Part shown: positions 39,695-48,361 of the stretch, piece by piece
How positions within the stretch are numbered: the first letter of the stretch is position 1
Layout: each line of letters starts with the position of its first letter
Assembly: GCA_051882315.1 (NCBI GenBank)
Contig: JBJERM010000122.1
Coordinates: 2,501 to 66,500 of the forward strand
Direction: 5' to 3'
From: Ruminiclostridium sp.
GTDB taxonomy: Bacteria > Bacillota > Clostridia > Oscillospirales > Ruminococcaceae
DNA: 64,000 nucleotides
Notes under the pieces: model-generated
What the model saw: only the letters and a program-made list of their open reading frames with translations
The model's database searches: none
What the model was told of the DNA's origin: nothing
Made by a program: the position numbers and the translations under genes

Positions 39695-41433
39695 TATTCC
39701 TCTCCCCCTTTCTGCTGCGAATAGAATACCTCACGGTAGATTTCGTTGCTTTCCATAAGCTCCTTGTGGCTTCCGACAGCGTTTACCTTTCCGCCCTCCA
39801 TGACAATTATCTTGTCTGCGTCCATAACAGAGGAAATTCTCTGGGCGATTATAAACTTGGTGGTGTCGGGGATTTCTTCAAGAAATGCCCGCCTTATTGA
39901 AGCGTCGGTTGCGGTATCTACTGCGCTTGTAGAGTCGTCAAGAATAAGAATTTTAGGCTTTTTGAGCAAGGCTCTCGCTATACAGAGTCTTTGCTTCTGT
40001 CCGCCGGAAACGTTTGTACCGCCCTGTTCAATATGGGTGTCGTACTTGTCGGGGAAGCTTTCGATGAAGGAGTCTGCCTGTGCAAGCTTACAAGCGTGGA
40101 CAAGCTCCTCGTCGGTGGCGTCGGGATTGCCCCAGCGCAGGTTCTCTTTGATACTGCCCGAAAAAAGAACGTTCTTTTGCAGCACCATTGCTACCGAGTT
40201 TCTCAGGGTTTCAATGTCATAGTCCTTTACGTCAACGCCGCCAACAAGCACCTGCCCCTCGGAAACGTCGTAAAGACGGGGAATAAGCTGTACAAGTGTG
40301 GACTTTGAAGAGCCTGTGCCGCCGATAATTCCAACGGTTTCTCCCGATTTTATGTCAAGGTCAATGCCCGAAAGAGCATAGCTTCCGCTTTTTGAATAAG
40401 CAAAGGAAACGCCGCTGAACTTAACGGAGCCGTCCTTAACCTCAGTAATGGGAGAAGCGGGATTCGCAATATCGCTTTCCTCTTTAAGCACCTCGCATAT
40501 TCTCTCTGCGGAGGCTCTCGCCATTGTGAGCATTACGAAAATCATGGACAGCATCATAAGGCTCATAAGTATCTGCATTGAGTAGGTGATGATTGTCATA
40601 AGCTCGCCTGTTGTAAATGTACCCTCAACAACGATAAGGTGAGCGCCTACCCATGAAATGAACAGCATGCCGCCGTACATACAGAACATCATAAGGGGAG
40701 AGTTGAAGGCAAGCACCTTTTCGGCGAAGCTGAAATCCTTGTAAATATCTCCCGAAACCTGCTTGAACTTCTTGATTTCGTAGTCCTCTCTTACAAAGGA
40801 CTTTACAACACGCATACCGGTAACGTTTTCCTGCACAACGTTATTAAGCTTGTCGTATCTCTTGAAAACACGCTCGAAAACAGGGTGTGCGGTTTTCATT
40901 ATGATAAAGAGACCGATACCGAGAATCGGTATTACCGCAAGGTACACAAGGGAGATTGTGTGGTTGATGCAGAATGCCATAATAAGGGAGAAAATAAGCA
41001 TAATCGGCGCTCTTACCGCAATTCTCAGTATCATCTGATAAGCGTCCTGAACCCTTGTTACGTCGGAGGTAAGGCGGGTTACAAGGCTTGCTGTTGAGAA
41101 CTTGTCGATATTGGAGAAGGAGTATTCCTGAACCTTATGGAACATATCCTTTCGAAGATTGCGGGCAAAGCCTGTTGAAGCGATAGCTCCCGCCTTTCCG
41201 CCGCCGAAGCCTGCTAAAAGTGAAAGCCCGCAGCAGCCCACAAGGCAAAGTCCCACAATAACTATGTACTGAACGTCGCCCTGACCGTTGTTTCCGTTAA
41301 TGCCGTTATCAATAAGCAGCGCCATAAGGGTAGGAATAATTACCTCCATTACAACCTCGCCTATCATAAACAGCGGCGTCAATATAGAAACCTTTTTAAA
41401 TTCCCGTATGCTTTTTGCAAGAGTTTTAATCAT
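39694..41433 (-). CDS. ABC exporter, fused TMD-NBD half transporter (heterodimer partner)
   Basis: GGTGSSKS, VSGGQKQ, ILDDSTS (degenerate site). Start moved to MIKTL (41433). Confidence 0.93.
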   Translation of the reverse strand: MIKTLAKSIREFKKVSILTPLFMIGEVVMEVIIPTLMALLIDNGINGNNGQGDVQYIVIVGLCLVGCCGLSLLAGFGGGKAGAIASTGFARNLRKDMFHKVQEYSFSNIDKFSTASLVTRLTSDVTRVQDAYQMILRIAVRAPIMLIFSLIMAFCINHTISLVYLAVIPILGIGLFIIMKTAHPVFERVFKRYDKLNNVVQENVTGMRVVKSFVREDYEIKKFKQVSGDIYKDFSFAEKVLAFNSPLMMFCMYGGMLFISWVGAHLIVVEGTFTTGELMTIITYSMQILMSLMMLSMIFVMLTMARASAERICEVLKEESDIANPASPITEVKDGSVKFSGVSFAYSKSGSYALSGIDLDIKSGETVGIIGGTGSSKSTLVQLIPRLYDVSEGQVLVGGVDVKDYDIETLRNSVAMVLQKNVLFSGSIKENLRWGNPDATDEELVHACKLAQADSFIESFPDKYDTHIEQGGTNVSGGQKQRLCIARALLKKPKILILDDSTSAVDTATDASIRRAFLEEIPDTTKFIIAQRISSVMDADKIIVMEGGKVNAVGSHKELMESNEIYREVFYSQQKGGEE

Positions 41434-41887
41434 CGGTTTCTTCCGTCCTTTCTTCGTTTTCTTCAATATTTTTCTTGATTTTGTCAATTACCTCAAAGAA
41501 AACCCGCTGTTCCTCCGGGGTAACTCCTTGGAGCAGAAGCTTATCGTACCTGTCGAATTCGTTTCTTATCCTTTCGTCCAGGGCTGCCGCCTTACGGGTA
41601 ACGACTATCTTTTTAAGCCTTGCGTCGTAGTCAACAGACTGCCTTTCAATAAAGCCTCCCGCTTCCATAGAGCTTAAAATCACAGAGACCGTTGAGCGGC
41701 GGCTTCCGAAGGCTGCCTCAATATCCCGCTGGAAAATGTCCTTGTGGGGATTTTCGCAGAGGTAGCGGATGATCTGCCCCTGAGCCCTCGTTATTTTGGC
41801 GGAGAAAACTCCAGAATTATCGAAATGCCTTGAAATAAGGTGGCAAATCTGCCTTATATGAAATGCAAGCAATACCTTTTCCGCCAT
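41426..41887 (-). CDS. MarR-family transcriptional regulator
   Basis: QRDIEAAFGSRRSTVSVILSSMEAGGFIER...DARLKKI; SD AAGGAGG. Confidence 0.92.
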   Translation of the reverse strand: MAEKVLLAFHIRQICHLISRHFDNSGVFSAKITRAQGQIIRYLCENPHKDIFQRDIEAAFGSRRSTVSVILSSMEAGGFIERQSVDYDARLKKIVVTRKAAALDERIRNEFDRYDKLLLQGVTPEEQRVFFEVIDKIKKNIEENEERTEETDD

Positions 41888-41916
41888 AATTCCTCCTTTC
41901 ATACAATTCACATTAA

Positions 41917-41963
41917 ATGTTAGGACACTAACATAGTGTAGCAGATTTGTATAAAATTGTCAA
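41917..41963 (-). promoter_or_regulatory. marR promoter and palindromic operator
   Basis: Minus-strand TTGACA (41963-58), 17 bp, TACACT (41940-35). Palindrome ATGTTAG-GACA-CTAACAT (41917-34). Confidence 0.75.
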
Positions 41964-41998
41964 TACTGCTTTTGTGAAAATATTACGAAAAATAGGCT

Positions 41999-42331
41999 CT
42001 ACTTCAAAGATTCCGAAAGGGCTTTAAGCAGTAAAGCAAAGCGGCGCTTTTCTTCTTCCGTAAGGCTTTCCGCCGCAGAAAGAAGCTCCTGCTGCTTGGG
42101 AGAAAGGTCGCCTACCGAAAGTCCACGCTTGTTGTTGGTAAGTCCTGCGATGTAGTCCAGGCTTACGTTGTAGTATCTGGCGAGCATTATGGCACGTTCG
42201 AAGGAGATTTCGTTTGCGCCTTTTTCATATAAGCCGTAATACTGGGCGGTTGTACCCAGATATTCCGCAAGCTCCGACTGCTTTTTGTCGTTGTCCTCTC
42301 TTAAGTCACGTATTCTCGGATAATAAGCCAT
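41999..42331 (-). CDS. XRE-family HTH transcriptional regulator
   Basis: RIRDLRED..KKQSELAEYLG....Y..YEKG...YNVSLDYIAG. Confidence 0.92.
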   Translation of the reverse strand: MAYYPRIRDLREDNDKKQSELAEYLGTTAQYYGLYEKGANEISFERAIMLARYYNVSLDYIAGLTNNKRGLSVGDLSPKQQELLSAAESLTEEEKRRFALLLKALSESLK

Positions 42332-42390
42332 ATATGATTAGTCCTTTCCTATTTTGTTCGGAAATTATACCATATTTTATTATTATCCTA

Positions 42391-42446
42391 TTGACAAGTA
42401 ATTATATTTGATTTATAATGTTGCTATAGATAACTATAAATAGTTA
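42391..42446 (+). promoter_or_regulatory. Sigma-A promoter and candidate XRE operator
   Basis: TTGACA (42391-96), 17 bp, TATAAT (42414-19). Palindrome TAACTAT-AA-ATAGTTA (42431-46). Confidence 0.7.
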
Positions 42447-42472
42447 TTGATTTTGTTGAAAGAGGAAAAAGT

Positions 42473-43252
42473 ATGAAAAAATTTACTTTGAAATTTGCCG
42501 CAATTTTCATTGCGGCGGTGCTTTCAGGGTGCTCGGCGGGGGCGGGGACTGAGCCCGGGGGAAAGCCTGCTACTACAACGGCGGCGGAGACATCGGCAGA
42601 AGAAATAACCTCAACAGCAGCGGTAACGACAACAACAGCAGAGATAACAACCGAAGTTATAACTTCTACATCAAAAGAGAAGAAAACAGCTGAAACAGTT
42701 CCCTTACCTAATCAAGAGGAAATTACGCCTTTGGAAATTATACACTTAGTTCCGGAAACGGATTATAGCGAGCTTGAAGCAACGTCAACTATTCTAATGA
42801 GTTACTGCCCTATTGTAGATGTTTTTCCAAAGATTTTGCTTATGTTATTACAAGAAAATAACAGCTCGCCTACAGAAACTATTATAAAAGGTTGGGGCTG
42901 TTATCCATCTGCTTTTATAAAAAAATTTGAAGATAATAAGTACCCCGAATTTCTGATTGACTTAACAGGCTGTGAGCCGGAAACAATGTATAATCAGATA
43001 GACAACGGCTTGCCTGTTGCGGTCTGGGTCACAAGCGCTTTACAGCCGCCTGTAATAATGGAGGAAACAGACGATTACAAGCTTTACACTCCTAATGAGT
43101 GCTATGTAATGGTAGGGCATTCAACTACTCATGTTATGCTTTATTCTGTGATTAAAAATGACTATTTTGAGTTCGACAAAATAACATTTGAGAAAGTATT
43201 CGAGGAGTTAGGCTCAATGGCGCTTACGGTAAATCCAGGAGCAAATCAATGA
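42473..43252 (+). CDS. Lipoprotein with Thr-rich linker and possible C39-like (papain-fold) C-terminal domain
   Basis: Lipobox LSGC; IDNGLPVAVWVT...CYVMVGH...FEELGSMAL pattern. Confidence 0.6.
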   Translation: MKKFTLKFAAIFIAAVLSGCSAGAGTEPGGKPATTTAAETSAEEITSTAAVTTTTAEITTEVITSTSKEKKTAETVPLPNQEEITPLEIIHLVPETDYSELEATSTILMSYCPIVDVFPKILLMLLQENNSSPTETIIKGWGCYPSAFIKKFEDNKYPEFLIDLTGCEPETMYNQIDNGLPVAVWVTSALQPPVIMEETDDYKLYTPNECYVMVGHSTTHVMLYSVIKNDYFEFDKITFEKVFEELGSMALTVNPGANQ

Positions 43253-43278
43253 ATATTCACAGAGAAGCATAACCATGT

Positions 43279-43326
43279 TTTGAAGAAATGGGAAGTATGG
43301 CTCTTGTGGTAGTAAACGACCGGTAA
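43279..43326 (+). pseudogene. 3' stump of a paralog of the upstream lipoprotein
   Basis: Translates FEEMGSMALVVVNDR* versus upstream FEELGSMALTVNPGANQ*. No start codon context; in-frame TAA three codons upstream. Confidence 0.7.
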
Positions 43327-43390
43327 TAAAAACAATTAACCCCCGTATCACCACGATACGGGGGTCAAATCTTTCTGCCCAAAAACCCGA

Positions 43391-44254
43391 TTAAGCCTTA
43401 CCAACAGAACCGAACAGCTCCATCTTTTCCTTAACGGTAGCCTTGATAGCCTCGAAGCCGGGAGCGAGAAGCTTTCTGGGGTCGAAGCCCTTGCCCTGAA
43501 GGTCCTTGCCCTCTTCAACGTATTTTCTTGTAGCTTCCTGGAATGCAAGCTGGCACTCGGTATTAACGTTGATTTTAGCAACGCCGAGGGAGATTGCCTT
43601 CTTGATCATGTCTGCGGGGATTCCTGTACCGCCGTGGAGTACGAGGGGCATATCGCCTACCTTTTCCTTGACTGCTGCAAGTGTTTCAAAGGAAAGACCT
43701 GCCCAGTTTTCGGGGTACTTGCCGTGAATGTTGCCGATACCTGCTGCAAGCATTGTAACACCAAGGTCAGCAATCATCTTGCACTCGTTGGGGTCTGCAC
43801 ATTCGCCCATGCCAATAACGCCGTCCTCTTCGCCGCCGATAGAGCCAACCTCAGCCTCAAGTGAAAGACCGAGAACCTCACAGGTGTTTACAAGAGCGGT
43901 TGTCTTAGCGATGTTTTCCTCAATGGGGTAATGCGAGCCGTCGAACATTACGGAGGAGAAGCCTGCGTTGATGCAAGCCTTTGCGCCTTCAAAGGTGCCG
44001 TGGTCAAGGTGGAGAGCAACAGGAACTGTAATCTTAAGCTCCTCAATCATGCCCTTAACCATACCAACTACGGTCTTGTAGCCGCACATATACTTGCCTG
44101 CGCCCTCGGAAACGCCGAGGATAACAGGGGACTGACATTCCTGAGCGGTAAGAAGGATTGCCTTTGTCCATTCAAGGTTGTTGATGTTGAACTGGCCTAC
44201 GGCGTATTTGCCCTCGCGAGCCTTGTTCAGCATTTCTTTTGCAGAAACTAACAT
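43391..44254 (-). CDS. fba: Class II fructose-bisphosphate aldolase
   Basis: ALHLDHG, SVMFDGSH, GIGNIHG, VLHGGTG, KINVNT. Confidence 0.97.
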   Translation of the reverse strand: MLVSAKEMLNKAREGKYAVGQFNINNLEWTKAILLTAQECQSPVILGVSEGAGKYMCGYKTVVGMVKGMIEELKITVPVALHLDHGTFEGAKACINAGFSSVMFDGSHYPIEENIAKTTALVNTCEVLGLSLEAEVGSIGGEEDGVIGMGECADPNECKMIADLGVTMLAAGIGNIHGKYPENWAGLSFETLAAVKEKVGDMPLVLHGGTGIPADMIKKAISLGVAKINVNTECQLAFQEATRKYVEEGKDLQGKGFDPRKLLAPGFEAIKATVKEKMELFGSVGKA

Positions 44255-44490
44255 TGGAGTATACTTCCTTTCGTGTTTTTTTTAACAATTTTATTCTACC
44301 ACAAATCGGGAAAAAATGCAATATAAAATCGGAAAATAAATTCATATCAAAAAAACTCTTGTGCGGGCAGTTTTTTTCGGTTATTCTGCGGGCTTGTTTT
44401 TTTTACGAAAATATTGCAAATATATGAACTTTGGTATATAATAATATAAGTATATCTTTTTGTTAGAGTGTTTTGGGTGCAGGTATTTCT

Positions 44491-45654
44491 ATGAAGAAGG
44501 TTCTTGGTGCAGTATGGGAGTATTTTAAGCGTCTGGATAAGACGCTGCTGCTGCTGTGCCTTCTGATAAGCGGCTTTGGAATATTCCTGCTCTACACCCT
44601 TAATCTGAACGAAATAAGCGATTACGTTTCCTCCCGTCAGTGGAAAACCCAGACCGTTGCAACGGTTTTGGGTCTTGCGGCAGCCCTTGTGCTTGCGGGA
44701 ATAGACTATAAATTCATAGCAAGAATCTGGTGGCTCTACGCACCGATTTCGCTGATACTGGTGCTGCTTCTCTTTACCTCTTTGGGCAGGGGCGTTGAGG
44801 GGGCGGACGATATAGGCTGGCTCAATCTTGGTTTTATCCAGTTTCAGCCCTCGGAGCTTCTGAAAATCTCCTTTATAATGACCTTTGCCGCCCACCTGCA
44901 CAAGGTGGGAAGCCGCATAAACGAGCCGCTGAACCTGCTTCTTCTCTGCATACATGGGCTTGTGCCTGCTGCGATAATAATGAAGCAGGGGGACGACGGC
45001 TCGGCGCTGGTTTTTATCCTTATTTTTGCATTTATGCTGTTTTCGGCGGGAATTTCCTGGAAATATATGCTTGCCGCTTTGGTGGCAGTCCCGGTTCTCG
45101 GCTATGTTGCATGGAATTACCTTATGCAGCCCCACCAGCTTAAGCGCTTTCAGGTGCTTTTCGATACGGAAATGCAGCAGGCGGAAATCCTCGGCATTTA
45201 CAATCAGCAGTGGCTTGGCAAAAAGGCTCTCGGCTCGGGTCAGCTTACCGGTCTTGGCATTTTCGGCAGCGACAAGTACACCTACGTTCCAGAAATTGAT
45301 ACGGACTTTATCTTTTCATATATAGGTATGACCCTTGGCTTTGTGGGCTGTGTTGCAGCGGTAACGGCGCTTGCGGCGCTTTGCGTAAAGCTTATTGCCG
45401 CAGCGGGCGGGGCTAAGGACAACCTGGGCAGGTACATCTGCATAGGCGTTTTTGCGGTTTTCTTCTCCCATTCGGTTATAAATATAGGTATGGCGCTGGC
45501 AGTAATGCCCGTAATAGGAATACCGCTTCCCTTTTTAAGTGCAGGCGGAACCTCCGTTATATCCCTTTACCTTGCGATAGGTCTTGTTTTAAGCGTAAGA
45601 GCACATAGCAAAAGGGAAAAGCATATGTTTTATACCGAGAAATATGACGATTAG
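44491..45654 (+). CDS. SEDS-family protein (RodA/FtsW/SpoVE)
   Basis: FQPSELLK, QGDDGSA, PEIDTDFIFS, PVIGIPLPFLSAGGTS. Confidence 0.93.
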   Translation: MKKVLGAVWEYFKRLDKTLLLLCLLISGFGIFLLYTLNLNEISDYVSSRQWKTQTVATVLGLAAALVLAGIDYKFIARIWWLYAPISLILVLLLFTSLGRGVEGADDIGWLNLGFIQFQPSELLKISFIMTFAAHLHKVGSRINEPLNLLLLCIHGLVPAAIIMKQGDDGSALVFILIFAFMLFSAGISWKYMLAALVAVPVLGYVAWNYLMQPHQLKRFQVLFDTEMQQAEILGIYNQQWLGKKALGSGQLTGLGIFGSDKYTYVPEIDTDFIFSYIGMTLGFVGCVAAVTALAALCVKLIAAAGGAKDNLGRYICIGVFAVFFSHSVINIGMALAVMPVIGIPLPFLSAGGTSVISLYLAIGLVLSVRAHSKREKHMFYTEKYDD

Positions 45655-45757
45655 GACGACGATAAACCGCCATCTGCGTCGTCAACCGCATAATGGCAGG
45701 CACAAAGCCTAGCCATTATACGGTTTCCTAGCATCTGACGATTTCTCGTCGCCCTAA
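45651..45757. mobile_element. MITE-like element family B, copy B2 (short form)
   Basis: TIRs TTAGGACGACGATAAACCGCCA / TGACGATTTCTCGTCGCCCTAA (18/22). Same internal hairpin as B1. Left end overlaps the SEDS gene TAG. Confidence 0.75.
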
Positions 45758-45842
45758 TACAGTTTATAATAATCCGGCTGGCATTTTATCGACAGCCTTT
45801 AAAGGCAGTAATGCCCTAAAATACAAAAGGAAGGACAGAAAA

Positions 45843-47102
45843 ATGGCAATTCAACCCAAATTAGTAAAGCTCGCTGATATTTACAAGGAGGAGGCTCTTG
45901 AAGCCCAGAAAAAGCGTTATGCTGACGCAATTGCGGCTTATAAGGCGTACTTTTCCTCCGAGGGAGAGAATATCCGTATTTTCTCCGCCCCCGGAAGAAC
46001 GGAAATCGGCGGAAACCACACCGACCATAACTGCGGAAAGGTGCTTGCGGCAGGCGTTGACCTGGACGTAATCGCAATTGTTGAGCCTCTTGAAGAGCCT
46101 GTTGCGGTTATAAAATCCGAGGGCTTCGAGGAAAACAGGATTCTTCTTGACGAGCTTGAGCCTGTTGAAAGCGAGAAGAACGGGGCTACCGCCCTGCTCA
46201 GAGGCGTAGCAAAGGGCTTTAAGTCGAGAGGCTTTAAAATCGGCGGCTTTAAGGCTTATACCGTTTCAAACGTGCTTAAAGGCTCGGGACTTTCTTCTTC
46301 CGCCGCCTTTGAGGTACTTATCGGCACGATTTTCTCCTACATTTACAACGGCGGCAAGATTGACCCCGTAAAAATCGCCCAGATAGCCCAGTTTGCCGAA
46401 AACGTATATTTCGGAAAGCCCAGCGGACTTATGGATCAGATGGCTTCCTCCGTGGGCGGCTTTGTTGCTATTGATTTCAAGGACACCGAAAGCCCTATCA
46501 TCGAAAACATAACCGTTGATTTTGACAGCTTTGGTCATGTTCTCTGTATAGTTGACACCAAGGGCGACCACGCAGACCTTACTCCCGATTATGCGGCTAT
46601 TCCCGCAGAGATGAAGGCGGTTGCGGAATATTTCTCCGTTCCCGTTCTGCGGCAGATATGCAAGCAGGACATTATTCTCAATATGAACATTCTCCGTGAA
46701 AAGTTCGGCGACAGGGCGGTGCTTCGCTCACTCCATTTCTTTGAGGAGAACAAGAGAGTTGACAAGCTGGTTAATGCACTTAAAAGAAACGACTTTCAGG
46801 CATTCCTTGACTCAATCAACGAAAGCGGAAATTCATCATACAAGTATCTTCAGAACGTTTACTCCTGCTCCGACGTTATTCATCAGGGGCTCAGCATAGG
46901 CCTTAATATTGCGGAATACTCCCTTGAAAGAAAAGGCGCCTCACGAGTTCACGGAGGCGGCTTTGCAGGTACTATTCAGGCGTTTGTGCCGGTTGAGCTT
47001 TTAAAGCAGTTCAAAATGGAAATGGAAAAGGTTTTCGGAAAGGACAGCTGTCATATTCTGAAAATCCGTCCTGTTGGCGGATGTGAGGTTATTTTAGACT
47101 GA
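45843..47102 (+). CDS. galK: Galactokinase (GHMP kinase)
   Basis: APGRTEIGGNHTDH, GSGLSSSAAFE, GLMDQ, HGGGFAG. Confidence 0.9.
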   Translation: MAIQPKLVKLADIYKEEALEAQKKRYADAIAAYKAYFSSEGENIRIFSAPGRTEIGGNHTDHNCGKVLAAGVDLDVIAIVEPLEEPVAVIKSEGFEENRILLDELEPVESEKNGATALLRGVAKGFKSRGFKIGGFKAYTVSNVLKGSGLSSSAAFEVLIGTIFSYIYNGGKIDPVKIAQIAQFAENVYFGKPSGLMDQMASSVGGFVAIDFKDTESPIIENITVDFDSFGHVLCIVDTKGDHADLTPDYAAIPAEMKAVAEYFSVPVLRQICKQDIILNMNILREKFGDRAVLRSLHFFEENKRVDKLVNALKRNDFQAFLDSINESGNSSYKYLQNVYSCSDVIHQGLSIGLNIAEYSLERKGASRVHGGGFAGTIQAFVPVELLKQFKMEMEKVFGKDSCHILKIRPVGGCEVILD

Positions 47103-48333
47103 ACTCCTCCGCCCGCTTTATAAGGGTTATGTCCACAAGTGCGTCGGTGAGTATGCCGGTTTCGGTATATTCCTCGCTGAAAATCTTTCCGCCCCGACGG
47201 ATTTCGGCGGAAAAGCCCGCCTTGTCGTAGGGAATAAGAAGGCTCATTCTCCGTGAGCTTTCGGGAAGATTTGCGGCGATTACCTCTAACATTCTTTCAA
47301 TTCCCTCGCCCTTTGCGGCGGAGATTTTAACGGTATTTTCGTTTTCGGGAATGTCGTAATCCACAAGGTCGCACTTATTCAGTATATTTACAACCGGAAT
47401 TTCCCCGCAGCCAAGCTGAGCAAGTATCCTTTGGGTAGTTCCCGCCTTTTCGGCGGCTTCGGGGTCGGAAATGTCCGAAACGTGCAGGATAATATATGCG
47501 CAGCTTGCTTCCTCAAGGGTGGAGCGGAAGGCTTCAACAAGATGATGCGGCAGGCGGCGGATAAGTCCTACCGTATCAATAAGGGTAAGGCTTCTTCCGT
47601 CGGGCAGTTCGATTGCACGGGAGGTAAGGTCGAGGGTTGCGAAAAGCTTGTTTTCTGCAAGAACTCCCGCATTTGTAAGAGCGTTCAGCAGGGTTGATTT
47701 TCCTGCGTTTGTGTAGCCCACAATTGCGGCGGTAAGCACTCCGTCCTTCTTGCGGCGGCTTCTTGAAAGTGAGCGTCTTGCGGTAAGCTCCTCCAAATCC
47801 TTTTCAAGCTTTTCAATTCTTCTTCTTATATGCCGCTTGTCGGTTTCAAGCTGCTTTTCGCCGGGACCTCTTGTTCCTATTCCGCCGCCAAGACGGGAAA
47901 GGGAACGACCTATTCCCATAAGGCGGGGCAGACGGTAGCGAAGCTGAGCCAGCTCAACCTGAAGCTTGCCCTCGTTGGAAACAGCACGGGCAGCGAAAAT
48001 ATCAAGTATAAGCATTGTGCGGTCGATTACCCTTACGTTTACAATGTCTTCTATATTGCGGATTTCGCTGGCGGTAAGCTCGGTATCGAAGATTATAAGC
48101 TTAGCTTCAAGATTTTGCGCCAGTTCTGCAAGCTCCTCGATTTTTCCTTCGCCCAAGACCGTTGCGGCATCGGGAGAGGGGCGCTTCTGAACTACTCTTG
48201 CGGCAATTTCAGCCTCGGCAGTTCGGGCAAGCTCCGTAAGCTCGTCAAGAGAGGATTCCACATCGTATTCGCCCGTATCAATAGCGGCGGCTATCGCAAT
48301 TATCCGTTCATCCTTTTGTTCGGTTAAATTCAT
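47089..48333 (-). CDS. hflX: Ribosome-splitting GTPase HflX
   Basis: ILDIFAARA, GIGTRGPGE, GYTNAGKS, LFATLD, DTVG, NKCD. Start moved to MNLTE (48333) behind SD GGAAAGGA. Confidence 0.96.
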   Translation of the reverse strand: MNLTEQKDERIIAIAAAIDTGEYDVESSLDELTELARTAEAEIAARVVQKRPSPDAATVLGEGKIEELAELAQNLEAKLIIFDTELTASEIRNIEDIVNVRVIDRTMLILDIFAARAVSNEGKLQVELAQLRYRLPRLMGIGRSLSRLGGGIGTRGPGEKQLETDKRHIRRRIEKLEKDLEELTARRSLSRSRRKKDGVLTAAIVGYTNAGKSTLLNALTNAGVLAENKLFATLDLTSRAIELPDGRSLTLIDTVGLIRRLPHHLVEAFRSTLEEASCAYIILHVSDISDPEAAEKAGTTQRILAQLGCGEIPVVNILNKCDLVDYDIPENENTVKISAAKGEGIERMLEVIAANLPESSRRMSLLIPYDKAGFSAEIRRGGKIFSEEYTETGILTDALVDITLIKRAEEFSLK

Positions 48334-48361
48334 AAAATCATTCCTTTCCGGAGGTGTTATC

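Noticed and set aside
47085-48361. hflX as a site-specific invertible segment
   Set aside because: No convincing inverted repeats at the two boundaries and no recombinase nearby.
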